Of a DNA stretch of 64,000 bases, positions 1-9,943 are shown piece by piece; positions within the stretch are counted from its first letter, which is position 1, and the number at the start of each line of letters is the position of its first letter. The position numbers were made by a program, and so were the translations under genes. The notes under the pieces were generated by a model. The model saw only the letters and a list, made by a program, of their open reading frames with translations, searched no databases and was not told the DNA's origin. Source of the stretch: Alphaproteobacteria bacterium (GTDB lineage Bacteria; Pseudomonadota; Alphaproteobacteria; MPNO01; UBA830); the NCBI GenBank assembly GCA_965243135.1, contig OZ251539.1, positions 2,144,001 to 2,208,000 on the forward strand. The letters are read 5' to 3'.

Positions 1-109
1 CATCGCCAATCCTTCTTGAAAAGTCCTTTCGATGACGCGGTTTTTGCCAAACATTTGTTTCGCGAGGCAACCCGGCACGATCAAAGCGATAGCGTCGATC
101 ATCGGCATC

Positions 110-453
110 GATCCCGTGGGCAATCGCGTCAGCGTGAACCAAAGCATCGTCGGCCACATACTCAAGGATGCCGCCAAGAGGCACGACGGCCGCGAGGCGT
201 ACTTTCCGTTCATCCCGGAGACGATCGAGAAGCCCGCCGAGATATGGGTCGGATTCTCGAACAGCGAGGCGACCGGGCGCGTCCGAGTCCGCCGACGCTA
301 CGTCAGGATGGTCGGTACATCCAAGGGCAGGACGGTCGGATTGGTCGCCGACCTCGACGAAGGAGACGGTGGGCCAGCCTCACGTCCTTTCGGGGCAGCG
401 TTACCGCCCTCAAGAATCTCAGGACGGGGCTGCGCATGCATAGGAGTGAATGA
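110..453 (+). pseudogene. Frameshifted C-terminal PBECR2-like (phage Barnase-EndoU-ColicinE5/D-RelE) nuclease domain, as found on phage MuF head-morphogenesis proteins
   Basis: Frame of ORF 32 reads DPVGNRVSVNQSIVGHILKDAAKRHDGREAYFPFIPETIEKPAEIWVGF..TGRVRVRRRYVRMV..VGLVADLDEG. After 2 extra nt (ga, 365-366) the frame of ORF 16 continues RWASLTSFRGSVTALKNLRTGLRMHRSE*. Family recognised from memory. Confidence 0.6.
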
Positions 454-889
454 TGGTGCCTACAGCCCCCACCCGGACTGCGGCGCCCGGCAATGGCCAT
501 CGGTGAGTGGCCCGACCCTGCCTTCAAACGTACGGATAACGATGGCGGCGCGTCAACGTTCGCCGAACCCTGGTCGACACCTCTTGGAGAGTGACCATGG
601 ACTCCGTCGCCCTGTTCGTCGTGGCGTTCATCTTTCTCAAGGACCGATGATCGTCGCCGTCGCCGCGGGCGCGTCTGGACGCTTCCGGCGCCCGCCCGGC
701 ATCACGACGTGATGCGGCTGATGAGAGAGCAGTGGATCCCTGTGTTCGGCGCGGATTGAGCACGCCGGCGAGCGAAGCTCCGTTCCCCATTCGCCGGATC
801 CCGGGGCGAACCCGACCCTCGGAAAACGGAAGCAGAGAGAAAGACCCCAAACGGAAACCGCCGGCAAAGGAACGCCGCGCCCGGAGCCT

Positions 890-2422
890 TTATCTGAGGA
901 AAGGCGTCGGTTCCACGTAGGGATAGCGCGCCTTCGCCTTGGTGCCGACCGCGCTGTCGTTCCGCACGTAACGCTCCCCGTCGCCAGACCTGTATTCGTA
1001 TGCGTAATTCGGTTCGCCGCCCGTCGTCCTGTGAATGAACAGCCGCTCCTTCTGGCTCTGAACGCAAGCGTCGTAGATCGTCTCGGGATCCCACCCGCGC
1101 AGGACTTCTTTGCGCAGGTCGCGTTCGATCCCGGCGTATTCCGGCCGGCCGATCAGGTTGTCGAGCTCCAGCGGGTCGGCGGCGAGGTCGTACATGAGAT
1201 CGCCGTGGCCGTGGGTGTATATGAATTTCACGTTGTCGCGGCGCACCATCCGGCACGGCGCGCGCACGCCCTCCCCCGTGTATTCGGAAATCACCTGATT
1301 GGGGCCGTCCGCCGACCCTTCCATCAGGGGAATCAGGGAACGGCCGTCCAAAGGCGTCACCGGATCCGCGCTCTCCCCGCCCTCGATCTCCATGAACGTC
1401 GGCAACAGATCGACGAGCGAAACCATTTCCGTCACTCGGGACACCGGCGCAAGACCCGGTATCCGCGCGACGAGCGGCACCCGCACCGACCATTCGTGAA
1501 ACGACTGCTTGAACCACTGGCCTCGCTCGCCCAGCATCTCGCCGTGGTCCGAAGTGAAGACGACCGCGGTTTCCTCTTCGATGCCGAGGTCGGCGAGCGC
1601 GTCCAGAAAACGTCCCAGCTTGTCGTCGATATAGGCGCACATGCCGTAGTAGGCGTGACGGGCATTGCGGATGTGCTCGTCCGTGACGTCATGGAGGTCG
1701 CCGCCGTGAGCGTAATGCAGCCAGCGGCTCATGACGTCCATGTCCTCGACGTCGAAGGCGGGAACCTTCGGCATATCGATGTCGTCGTGCCGATAGAGAT
1801 CCCAGTAGCGCCGTGTCGTGACGAACGGCGAATGCGGATGGGTGAAGGAGACCCACAGCAGGAACGGGTTGTCGCTGTTGAAGCGCGCCAGATCGTAGAG
1901 CTTCTGTACGCCCGCGAACTCCACTTCCTCGTCGTAATCGATCTGCAGGCCGCGCACGCAGAGTCCCGCGTCAACCACCGCCCGCATGTTTATGCCGGTC
2001 GGGCGATAGCGCTCCCCGGCGATCCAGTCCGGCGTCCACGCGAAATTGGAGGGATAGATGTCGGTGGTGATCCGCTCGCCGAATCCGTGCAGTTGGTCCG
2101 GACCGATGAAATGCATCTTGCCGCACAGCACGGCGTGGTAGCCCTGCCCCCTCGAATAATGCGCCAGCGTCGGCACCGACGCCGGCATTTCTATCGCGTT
2201 GTCCCACATCGAGATCGCGTTGGCGTACCGGCCCGCGAGCATGGACATGCGCGACGGCACGCATAGCGGGAAATTGCAGTAGGCGTTTTCGAACACCGTC
2301 CCGCCGTCGGCCAGCCGCTCGAGATGGGGCGTTTTCGTTAGCCCGTGGCCGTAGAGGGAAAGCGCCAGCGCGGTCATCTGGTCCGCCTGGACAACGAGTA
2401 TGTTCGGTGCCTTGCCGGTCAT
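890..2422 (-). CDS. betC: Choline-sulfatase (type I Cys sulfatase)
   Basis: PNILVVQADQM; AYCNFPLCVPSRMSML (CxPxR formylglycine motif); GKMHFIGPDQLHGF; SFTHPH; TSDHGEMLGERG; C-terminal SQKERL..YVRN region typical of BetC. Confidence 0.85.
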   Translation of the reverse strand: MTGKAPNILVVQADQMTALALSLYGHGLTKTPHLERLADGGTVFENAYCNFPLCVPSRMSMLAGRYANAISMWDNAIEMPASVPTLAHYSRGQGYHAVLCGKMHFIGPDQLHGFGERITTDIYPSNFAWTPDWIAGERYRPTGINMRAVVDAGLCVRGLQIDYDEEVEFAGVQKLYDLARFNSDNPFLLWVSFTHPHSPFVTTRRYWDLYRHDDIDMPKVPAFDVEDMDVMSRWLHYAHGGDLHDVTDEHIRNARHAYYGMCAYIDDKLGRFLDALADLGIEEETAVVFTSDHGEMLGERGQWFKQSFHEWSVRVPLVARIPGLAPVSRVTEMVSLVDLLPTFMEIEGGESADPVTPLDGRSLIPLMEGSADGPNQVISEYTGEGVRAPCRMVRRDNVKFIYTHGHGDLMYDLAADPLELDNLIGRPEYAGIERDLRKEVLRGWDPETIYDACVQSQKERLFIHRTTGGEPNYAYEYRSGDGERYVRNDSAVGTKAKARYPYVEPTPFLR

Positions 2423-2494
2423 GGGAAGCGCTCGCGGACGACCCGCGGCTCGGACGGCGCCGGCCGCCGCGCCGCGGACGTCCGCAGAGGTTGC

Positions 2495-3475
2495 CTACCT
2501 GATGGTCATGCCGAGTTTTTCGGTCAGGGTTCTGAACGCCTCGTATTGCTTCTTGACGAACGCCTTGGTCTCCGCGGGACCGAGGACGTGCGGAATCGAA
2601 CCGAGGCCCTTGGTGAGCTTGATCCAGGCCTGATCGCTCTTGATCTTGCCGAGGACTTCGACCCACTTGTCGGCGGCCTCCCGATTCATTCCGGGCGGCC
2701 CCCAGACGCCGCTCCAACCCACCACGGTTTCAAGCGCCGGATAACCGGCCTCGGCGACCGTCGGGACGTCGGGGAGAGCGGCGACGCGCTTGGGCGTCGA
2801 CACCGCAAGCGCCCTCATCTTGCCGGCCCGGATGTTGCCGATCACGCCGGACAGGTTCTGGAACATCATGTCGACGTGTCCGCCCACGACCGCTGCGGCC
2901 GCCTTGCCGCCGCCTTTGTAGGGCACGTGCTTCATGGCGTCGGGTCCCATTCCGAACTGGTCGAGGACCATGTTCATGGCGACATGCAGCAGCGTGCCGA
3001 CGCCGGCCGATGAGTAGCTGAGCTTCTGCCCGCCTTTTAGCGCCGCCTTGAGGTCGTCCAGGGTTTTGAGGGGCGACTTCGCGTTCACCGCCAGAACGAA
3101 CGGATTCAGTTCGAGCAGCCCCAGAAAGGTGAACTCGTCCCAAGCGTAAGGGATCTTGCGGTTGATCGCAGGCACCGCCGCCTGCGAGCCGACCCGGGCC
3201 AGAAGCACCGTGTAACCGTCCTTCCTTCCCTTCGCCACGGTGGTCGAGCCGGTAACCCCGGCGGCGCCGGTGCGGTTGATCACCAGCACGGCGTTTCCGA
3301 GATACGCAGGGGCTGTGCCGGCGAGAGTGCGGGCGGCAAGGTCGGCCGCGCCGCCAGGACCGTAGGGCGAAACCAGGGTGACGGGTTTCGTGGGGTACTT
3401 CGCCGACGCGGCGGCGGCCAGTGCCAGAAACACGCCGCCGGTCGCGATACGAACCAGATTTTTCGCGAATTTCAT
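2495..3475 (-). CDS. Tripartite tricarboxylate transporter substrate-binding protein (TctC/Bug)
   Basis: Signal peptide, then YPTKPVTLVSPYGPGGAADLAAR, NRTGAAG, DGYTVLL, VPYKGGG, LPDVPT. ATG at 3475, alternative GTG at 3484. Confidence 0.9.
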   Translation of the reverse strand: MKFAKNLVRIATGGVFLALAAAASAKYPTKPVTLVSPYGPGGAADLAARTLAGTAPAYLGNAVLVINRTGAAGVTGSTTVAKGRKDGYTVLLARVGSQAAVPAINRKIPYAWDEFTFLGLLELNPFVLAVNAKSPLKTLDDLKAALKGGQKLSYSSAGVGTLLHVAMNMVLDQFGMGPDAMKHVPYKGGGKAAAAVVGGHVDMMFQNLSGVIGNIRAGKMRALAVSTPKRVAALPDVPTVAEAGYPALETVVGWSGVWGPPGMNREAADKWVEVLGKIKSDQAWIKLTKGLGSIPHVLGPAETKAFVKKQYEAFRTLTEKLGMTIR

Positions 3476-3683
3476 GAGCTTCACTCCCGATCCTGAGAAA
3501 ACGCCGCGATATCGCTTGACACGGCGCTCGCATCCTACCCATGATAAATTCCGGTGCGCAACAGAAAGTTCGGACCATGACCGCCGATCGACCCCAATTC
3601 CATGGAGAACGGGGACGGCGAGACGCAACCGTTCTCGCGCCGCCGGCACGGCGCGGCGCGCCCGTCGGGCGCGCGGGTTCGTC

Positions 3684-4157
3684 GTGATCCGCGAACGCTT
3701 CACCGGTATCGGGGTGCTGCTGGTCGGCATCCTTGTCTTCTTCGCGCTCATTCCGTACGGGATCGACCAGCCGGAAAACGTGAAGCACGCCGCGCTCGCG
3801 CCCAATTTCTGGCCGAAGATAATCGCGGCCGTCATCGCCGCGATGGGGTTGCTGCTTGCCATAAACCCGGGCCGGGCGACCGAGAGCGAAAGCGACGGCG
3901 GCGCGTGGACGCAACGCCTGCCGGGGCTGGCGGTGTCGCTCGGCTCGCTTTTCGCGTTCTATTTCCTGATTCCGTCCCTGGGCATGGTGGCGACGGGCGC
4001 GGCGTTGGCATTCGGGCTGATGGTCTTCGCCGGCGAGCGCCGCTGGCGGCTGGCGATCGCCGTAGCTCTCGGGATTCCGATCCTGCTCTACGTTTTCTTC
4101 ACTTACGTCGCCAGCATACCGATACCGCTCGGCGTTTTCGAGAGCCTGCGGGGATAG
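3684..4157 (+). CDS. Tripartite tricarboxylate transporter small membrane subunit (TctB)
   Basis: About 157 aa with ~4-5 TM segments; LAPNFWPKI and C-terminal FFTYVASIPIPLG; directly upstream of TctA. The GTG start at 3684 is inferred. Confidence 0.8.
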   Translation: MIRERFTGIGVLLVGILVFFALIPYGIDQPENVKHAALAPNFWPKIIAAVIAAMGLLLAINPGRATESESDGGAWTQRLPGLAVSLGSLFAFYFLIPSLGMVATGAALAFGLMVFAGERRWRLAIAVALGIPILLYVFFTYVASIPIPLGVFESLRG

Positions 4158-4164
4158 GCGCGGC

Positions 4165-5649
4165 ATGATCGACAACCTCTTCGCGGCCGTCTCGCTGTTC
4201 CTCACCTTCGAGAACGTGGCCGTCCTGTTCCTCGGCGTGCTCGTGGGCACCATCATCGGCGCGATCCCCGGTATGACCACGCCGATGGGAGTCGCGTTGG
4301 CGCTGCCCTTCACCTTCACCATGGAGCCGATCACGGGAATCCTGCTGCTGCTCGGCATATACAAGGGAGGCCTCTACGGAGGCTCCATCACGGCGATCCT
4401 GATCAAGGCGCCCGGCACGCCCGCCGCCTCGTGCACGGTGCTTGACGGCTATCCCCTGACCCGCAAGGGCGAGGCTCGCAAGGCGCTGGACATCGCGCTG
4501 TACGCGTCGTGCTTCGCGGACTTCGTTTCCAACCTGTCGCTCATCCTGCTGGCAGGCCTTCTGGCAGGATTCGCCCTGAAGTTCGGCCCTCCGGAATTCT
4601 TCACCCTGATCGTGTTCTCGCTGACCATCATCGCCGGCGTTTCGGGGGAGAACCTCGTCAAGGGAGTGGTCGCGGCGGCGCTCGGACTGCTGTTCGCCAC
4701 CATCGGCCTCGACATGGTGTACGGCACGAACCGCTTCATTTTCGGCAACTGGAACCTGATGGGAGGGCTCAGCTTCATTCCGGTGCTGATCGGCCTTTTC
4801 GCGTTGCCGGAAATCATCAACTACTTCGCGCAGAAAGTGCGGGACCACCACGAAACCGCGAAAATGTCGGGCGAAGGGGCGGGCCTGAAGGAGTTCAGGC
4901 GCTGTTTCAAGTCCATACTGCGGGGCAGCCTGATCGGCGTCGCGCTCGGGGCGATACCGGGCATCGGCGGCGCGCCTTCGGCGTTCCTGTCGTACAGCGA
5001 GGCCAAGCGCACGTCGCGTAATTCCGAAAACTTCGGCAAGGGCGAACTCGAAGGCGTCGCCGCCGCCGAGGCCGGCAACAACGGCGTCGCCGGAGCGACC
5101 ATGATTCCCCTCCTCGCCCTCGGGGTGCCCGGCGACGTCATTACCGCCGTCATTCTCGGCGCGTTCATGATCCACGGCCTGCGTCCCGGACCGGTCATGT
5201 TCGCCGAAAACCTCACGATGATTTACGCGCTGTTCGTCGGCATCATGTTGAGCAGCGCATACCTGTTCGCGATCGGCAAATTTTCCATCAAGGCCATCAG
5301 CCGGATTTCCGACGTGCCGAACCGCATCCTGTTTCCGGTGGTGCTCGTATTTTGCCTGTTCGGGTCGTTCGCCATCAACAACAGCCTGTTCGACGTGCTG
5401 GTGATGGTGCTGATGGGCTGCTTCGGCTACCTCATGATGCTGTTCCGGTTTCCGGCGGCTCCGTTTTTGATCGCGTTCATCCTGGGACCGCTTCTGGAAG
5501 ACAACTTCCGGCAGTCGATGATCCTTTCCGACGGCGGGCTGGACATTCTGGTTCGAAGCGGCATCTGCTGGTTTTTCTGGGCGTTGACCCTGCTGTCCCT
5601 CGTGCTCCTGGCCAGAAGCCGGAAGAAGGACATCCCCCTTGGCGGATGA
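4165..5649 (+). CDS. Tripartite tricarboxylate transporter large permease (TctA)
   Basis: GAIPGM, YGGSITAILIKAPGTPAA..TVLDGYPL, FGPPEFF, GVAAAEAGNN, LALGVPGD, ILGPLLEDNFRQS. Confidence 0.95.
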   Translation: MIDNLFAAVSLFLTFENVAVLFLGVLVGTIIGAIPGMTTPMGVALALPFTFTMEPITGILLLLGIYKGGLYGGSITAILIKAPGTPAASCTVLDGYPLTRKGEARKALDIALYASCFADFVSNLSLILLAGLLAGFALKFGPPEFFTLIVFSLTIIAGVSGENLVKGVVAAALGLLFATIGLDMVYGTNRFIFGNWNLMGGLSFIPVLIGLFALPEIINYFAQKVRDHHETAKMSGEGAGLKEFRRCFKSILRGSLIGVALGAIPGIGGAPSAFLSYSEAKRTSRNSENFGKGELEGVAAAEAGNNGVAGATMIPLLALGVPGDVITAVILGAFMIHGLRPGPVMFAENLTMIYALFVGIMLSSAYLFAIGKFSIKAISRISDVPNRILFPVVLVFCLFGSFAINNSLFDVLVMVLMGCFGYLMMLFRFPAAPFLIAFILGPLLEDNFRQSMILSDGGLDILVRSGICWFFWALTLLSLVLLARSRKKDIPLGG

Positions 5650-5822
5650 AGCCGCCGGCCCCGCCGGGATCCGCAGGCCCCGTTGACGACGGACGGCGCC
5701 GCTCCCGAAGACGGTCGGGCGGACCTGCCGGGCAGCCGGCGGAGATCCGCGCCATGCTACCGCCGCCCGAACGGACGTGATATTCACCTCGTCCGGGCCG
5801 CTCGGAACAAGGGAAGGAAAAA

Positions 5823-6791
5823 ATGCGTTACGATTACGTGCCGATGCCGGAACGGCAGCCCCTGAAATGGCCGAACGGCGCGCGACTCGCCGTTCTGATC
5901 ACCTTCAATCTCGAATACTGGGATCTTACGCGCGACACCGAGGCGGCCTACTACGCGGGCGGCCCCGCCATTCTGCCCGATCCCCTTCCCGGCAACGTTG
6001 CCGACCTGGCCAACCATACGTGGCGGGAATACGGCCAGCGCGCGGGAATATGGCGGCTGTTCGACATCATGGACAGGGCGGGCGTGCCCGCGAGCTGCAC
6101 CATGAACGCGAAGATGGGGCTGGAACGGCCGCAGCCGGTCGAATACTGCGTGAAAAAGGGTTGGGAACTGATCGCGCACAATTACGTTCAGACCGATCTT
6201 CTGACCAACTACTACTTCGACGAGGAAGGGGAGCGCGAACTCGTCCTCGAGACGCTGCGAATCTACGAAGAGGTCGTCGGGAAGAAGGCGGCCGGCTGGC
6301 TATCGTCCTCGTTGCGCCCCAACCCGAGCACCGTCGATCTGCTCGCCGAGCAAGGGTTGCTCTACACCGCCGACTTCCTCAACGACGATCAGCCATACCT
6401 GATCCAGACCGATCACGGCCCGATCGTCTCGATCCCCTATTCCAACGAACTCAACGACTTCATGATCTTCATGCGCCGCGGCAACACGACGTCCGAGGCG
6501 TTCGAGGTGTTCAAGGAGCAGTTCGACACGCTTTACGCCGAGGGCGCCGAAACCGGGAAGTTGATGAGCGTCGGGCTGCACCCGCACGTGGTCGGCCAGC
6601 CGTTCCGCGCCCGTTGCGTGCGCGAATTCGTGGACTACGCGAAGCAGTTTCCCGACGTCTGGTGGACGACCCGCGAAGAGATCGCAAAATGGTATCTTGA
6701 GAATCACGAGCATCACATCCCGCCTCGCGAACGCTCCCGCGGCCGGACGGAAACGCCCGATAACCAGAAGCGCGGCCGGAAAAAAGAGTAG
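5823..6791 (+). CDS. Polysaccharide deacetylase (CE4) family, PuuE/allantoinase-like
   Basis: LKWPNGARLAV..NLE, TWREYGQRAGIWRL, WELIAHN, NDDQPY, IPYSNELND, MSVGLHPHVVGQPFR, VWWTTREEIA. Confidence 0.85.
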   Translation: MRYDYVPMPERQPLKWPNGARLAVLITFNLEYWDLTRDTEAAYYAGGPAILPDPLPGNVADLANHTWREYGQRAGIWRLFDIMDRAGVPASCTMNAKMGLERPQPVEYCVKKGWELIAHNYVQTDLLTNYYFDEEGERELVLETLRIYEEVVGKKAAGWLSSSLRPNPSTVDLLAEQGLLYTADFLNDDQPYLIQTDHGPIVSIPYSNELNDFMIFMRRGNTTSEAFEVFKEQFDTLYAEGAETGKLMSVGLHPHVVGQPFRARCVREFVDYAKQFPDVWWTTREEIAKWYLENHEHHIPPRERSRGRTETPDNQKRGRKKE

Positions 6792-6908
6792 TCCTCCCGC
6801 GAACCCGCCGGGTTTGCCCGCGTTCGGCGAGAGTGTTATCGAGAGTCGAACGGCGACCGGGCCGAGGGGAATCGTCCGGCGCCGCCAATACGAGAAGGAG
6901 CAACAGGA

Positions 6909-7940
6909 ATGATTGGTAGAAGAACGCTTCTCTGCATGGCTTGCGGCACGGCGATGCTGCTTGCGGCCCCCGCGAGCAGCCAAGGGTTCGACTTCGCGGG
7001 CAAGCAGATCAAGTTCGTGATCGGATTCGGTTTCGGCGGCACTTACGGAAAGTACTCGCGCATGTTCGCCGAGCACCTGAAGAAGCACATTCCCGGAAAC
7101 CCGAACATCATCGTCGATTCGCGTCCCGGCGCCGGCGGTCTTCTCGCCACCAACTACGCGGCCAAGGCCATGCCGGCCAACGGCCTCAACTACCTGGTGC
7201 CGCCGGACAGCTCGGTCATCGTCCAGCTGATGCGCCCCGAGAAAGCCAAGTACGACATGAGCAAGTTCACCTGGATCGGCAGCGCCAACCAGACGAACGT
7301 GATTCTCGTGGTCCGCGGCGACAGCGGCGTAACGAACTGGGAGGGGCTCCGGAGCACCGAAGTTCCCATGGGGTCGACCGGCCTCGGCTCGACGTCGACC
7401 ATCATGCCGGGCCTGGTGAACCGCATGCTGGGCGCAAAAATGAAAATCGTCACCGGCTACAAGGGCTCCTCCAAGACCGGGCTTGCGGTCGAGCGCGGAG
7501 AGGTCCGCGGCGCGGCCTTCAACTGGCTTTTCTGGAAGTCGAAATACGAACGCTGGTTCAAGGGCGACCAGCCCTATGCGCGCGCGCTTCTGCAGCTCGG
7601 ACATTTCAAGGATCCGGAACTGCCCGACGTTCCCATGATGAAGGAGGTCGCGGACGCCAAATACCGGCCGGTTCTCGACTTCATCGGCGCTTTGGGGCTC
7701 ATCGGCCGCGGAGTCGCGGCGCCGCCCGGCACGCCCGAGGGCGCAGTCTCCGTCATGCGGACCGCGTGGGGCAAAATGGTGAAGGATCCGGAATTCATCG
7801 CCGACGCGAAGAAGCGAAAACTCCGCGTGATTCCGGCATCCGGCGAAACGATCCAGAAAGTCGTCAATAACGCTATCGCCAACACCAGCCCGGAGGTGGT
7901 CGCGATGGCGTCGAAGCTCGCTTACGGAGAGAAGAAGTAG
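6909..7940 (+). CDS. Bug/TctC-family periplasmic substrate-binding protein
   Basis: Signal peptide; FAGKQIKFVIGFGFGGTYG..SR; HIPGNPNIIV; RPGAGG; FTWIGS; IVTGYKG; AVERGEV; LPDVP; APPGTP. Confidence 0.85.
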   Translation: MIGRRTLLCMACGTAMLLAAPASSQGFDFAGKQIKFVIGFGFGGTYGKYSRMFAEHLKKHIPGNPNIIVDSRPGAGGLLATNYAAKAMPANGLNYLVPPDSSVIVQLMRPEKAKYDMSKFTWIGSANQTNVILVVRGDSGVTNWEGLRSTEVPMGSTGLGSTSTIMPGLVNRMLGAKMKIVTGYKGSSKTGLAVERGEVRGAAFNWLFWKSKYERWFKGDQPYARALLQLGHFKDPELPDVPMMKEVADAKYRPVLDFIGALGLIGRGVAAPPGTPEGAVSVMRTAWGKMVKDPEFIADAKKRKLRVIPASGETIQKVVNNAIANTSPEVVAMASKLAYGEKK

Positions 7941-8237
7941 CGAGGCCGCGGAGAACGGCCTACGGGGACGCTCCCGCGAGGGAGCGCCCCCGGTTTCGCT
8001 CGGAGAGGCCCGGGCCAGCGCCTCTGGGCGCGGCCTCCCGAGAGTTTTCCTCGGCGCCGCGCGGACGCGCGCTGCGACCGACAGCGCAACCGCCGGGAAC
8101 CGCTTCAGCCTGACTGTCGGCAACGCGACGTCCGCGGCCAAGACGACGGGACGCGGCCGGTTCGAGCCTGCAGAGCCTATGCGAATCGCGCGGCAACCTC
8201 CGCTTGGCCTGCCTTGACGGCCGATACGAGAGAGCGG

Positions 8238-9281
8238 ATGTCCGAAATCTACCGACATCTCCCTGCCCTCGCGGCGGGCGCGGCGGGCGGATGGGCGTTC
8301 TCGCTGGCGAACGCGCCCTTGCCATGGTTCTTCGGCGCGCTGTTCGTCGTCGCCGGGACGAATCTTGCAGGCAGGCGAATGCGCGGCCCGCACGGATCGC
8401 GCCAGCTGGGACAGATATTCGTCGGATCGACGATCGGCCTCTATTTCACGCCCGCCGTCGCCGCCATCGTGCTGGCCCATCTTCCGTGGATGCTGCTTGT
8501 CGCCTTCGCATCCATCGGGCTCGGCGGAGTCGGCGCCTTCGTCGTGGGCCGCTTCGCGAAGCTCGATCGCGCCACCGGATTTTTCGGCAACGTGCCGGGC
8601 GGCATGGCGGAGATGCTGGAGTTCGGCGACCGGTTCGGCGCCCAGCCCGTGCCCCTTACCCTGTGCCAGCTGACCCGCGTCGCCATCGTCATCATGTCGA
8701 TTCCGCCGGCCCTGACGTTTCTGGGACAGCCCGGCGCCGACATTTTCGTGCCGCTAACGCGAGAGGTGAACCATCCGGGGCTTGCCGTCCTGCTGGCCGG
8801 GGCCGTCGCCGCTTCGTGGTCCCTTCACCGTCTGGGAACGCCCAACTGCTGGATGATCGGCGGTGCCCTCTTCGCCAGCCTGCTCACCGTGTTCGAGATC
8901 GAGCTGTCCGCCATGCCCCGGGACGTTCTGGCGGTCGCTCAGGTGCTTATCGGCGTGGCTCTCGGAGAGCGTTTCGATCGCGCCGCCATGGCTTCGGCGC
9001 CGCGGGTAATTCTCGGATCCGCCGTCGTCACCGTCTTCACGATGGCGTCGGCGGTCGGGCTCGCTCTGTTCGTCGCCGACCGGACGGAAATCGGCGTCAC
9101 CGCCATGATTGCCGCCACGGCGCCCGGCGGCCTTGCGGAAATGAGCCTGACCGCCGCCGTTCTCAATCTGGGAGTGCCGCTCGTGACGGCTTACCACGTC
9201 GTGCGCGTTCTTCTGATCACTCTGCTTACGCTTCCCGCCTACCGCGTCGGCCTGCGCCTTTTTCCTCCTTCTAGCGGCTAG
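8238..9281 (+). CDS. AbrB-family membrane protein (two repeated halves)
   Basis: PLPWFFGAL, GQIFVGSTIGLYFTP, ATGFFGNVPGGMAEM, QLTRV and the second repeat ATAPGGLAEMSLTA..VTAYHVVRV. Confidence 0.85.
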   Translation: MSEIYRHLPALAAGAAGGWAFSLANAPLPWFFGALFVVAGTNLAGRRMRGPHGSRQLGQIFVGSTIGLYFTPAVAAIVLAHLPWMLLVAFASIGLGGVGAFVVGRFAKLDRATGFFGNVPGGMAEMLEFGDRFGAQPVPLTLCQLTRVAIVIMSIPPALTFLGQPGADIFVPLTREVNHPGLAVLLAGAVAASWSLHRLGTPNCWMIGGALFASLLTVFEIELSAMPRDVLAVAQVLIGVALGERFDRAAMASAPRVILGSAVVTVFTMASAVGLALFVADRTEIGVTAMIAATAPGGLAEMSLTAAVLNLGVPLVTAYHVVRVLLITLLTLPAYRVGLRLFPPSSG

Positions 9282-9943
9282 AAAAATTCAATTTCGGTGA
9301 TATCCGATGTGTCAGGCGCTCTCCTTGCGATAAACAATCCCACAACCAATACTTCCGGAAACCGGATGGAAAGGATTGATTTCGCCGCCCGAAAATGCGC
9401 TCCTGTCGTCAGCACGTCATCGACAATGGCTATGAAACTGGGCGCCGGTGCCGTCAATGCATCATCGATTTCGTAAAGTTCCTCGATCTGATCCGGCTTC
9501 GGCCGCGCGTCACTGGCATGAACAGCCTCAGTGCTCACTGTCTGGACGATAAGCTCGCGCACGTCTAATGGAGGTTCGGGACGGATGGCACGAAGCATCC
9601 GCGTCAAACGGTCGTCGTAAAGCGAATCATCCTTCGCCTTCGAAGGCGGGACCGGCACGAAGGTCAGGCGATCAAGCGCGTCGGAGCCTAATGCAGCTCT
9701 GAACGCGTCGGCCGCCTGTCGGATTGCATGTCCCTTGTACCGCCATTCCGGCCGCCCCTGCCGGTCCATCGGTTTCTTGAAATTCAGGATCAATTGGTTG
9801 GTGGCACTGTAAGCATAACTCTTGCGCGCCGTGTACTCGCCGATGAAGTAGCAGGCGTCATCACCGGTCAGATAGTAGTGATCCTGCCGCGTCAGGTCGT
9901 CGACTTCAGTGAAGCGTTGGGGAAAGGTGCTGTTGGATATCAT
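9278..9943 (-). CDS. Type I phosphoribosyltransferase-fold protein (ComF/ShosT-like PRTase)
   Basis: VPVPPSK, YDDRL, PRPP-binding loop IAIVDDVLTTGAHF. ATG at 9943 overlaps the 3' end of the DprA-like gene; visibly more AT-rich than flanks. Confidence 0.8.
   Translation of the reverse strand: MISNSTFPQRFTEVDDLTRQDHYYLTGDDACYFIGEYTARKSYAYSATNQLILNFKKPMDRQGRPEWRYKGHAIRQAADAFRAALGSDALDRLTFVPVPPSKAKDDSLYDDRLTRMLRAIRPEPPLDVRELIVQTVSTEAVHASDARPKPDQIEELYEIDDALTAPAPSFIAIVDDVLTTGAHFRAAKSILSIRFPEVLVVGLFIARRAPDTSDITEIEFF

Noticed and set aside
548-650. Short hydrophobic frame RVNVRRTLVDTSWRVTMDSVALFVVAFIFLKDR*
   Set aside because: Too short to assign; could be debris or chance.
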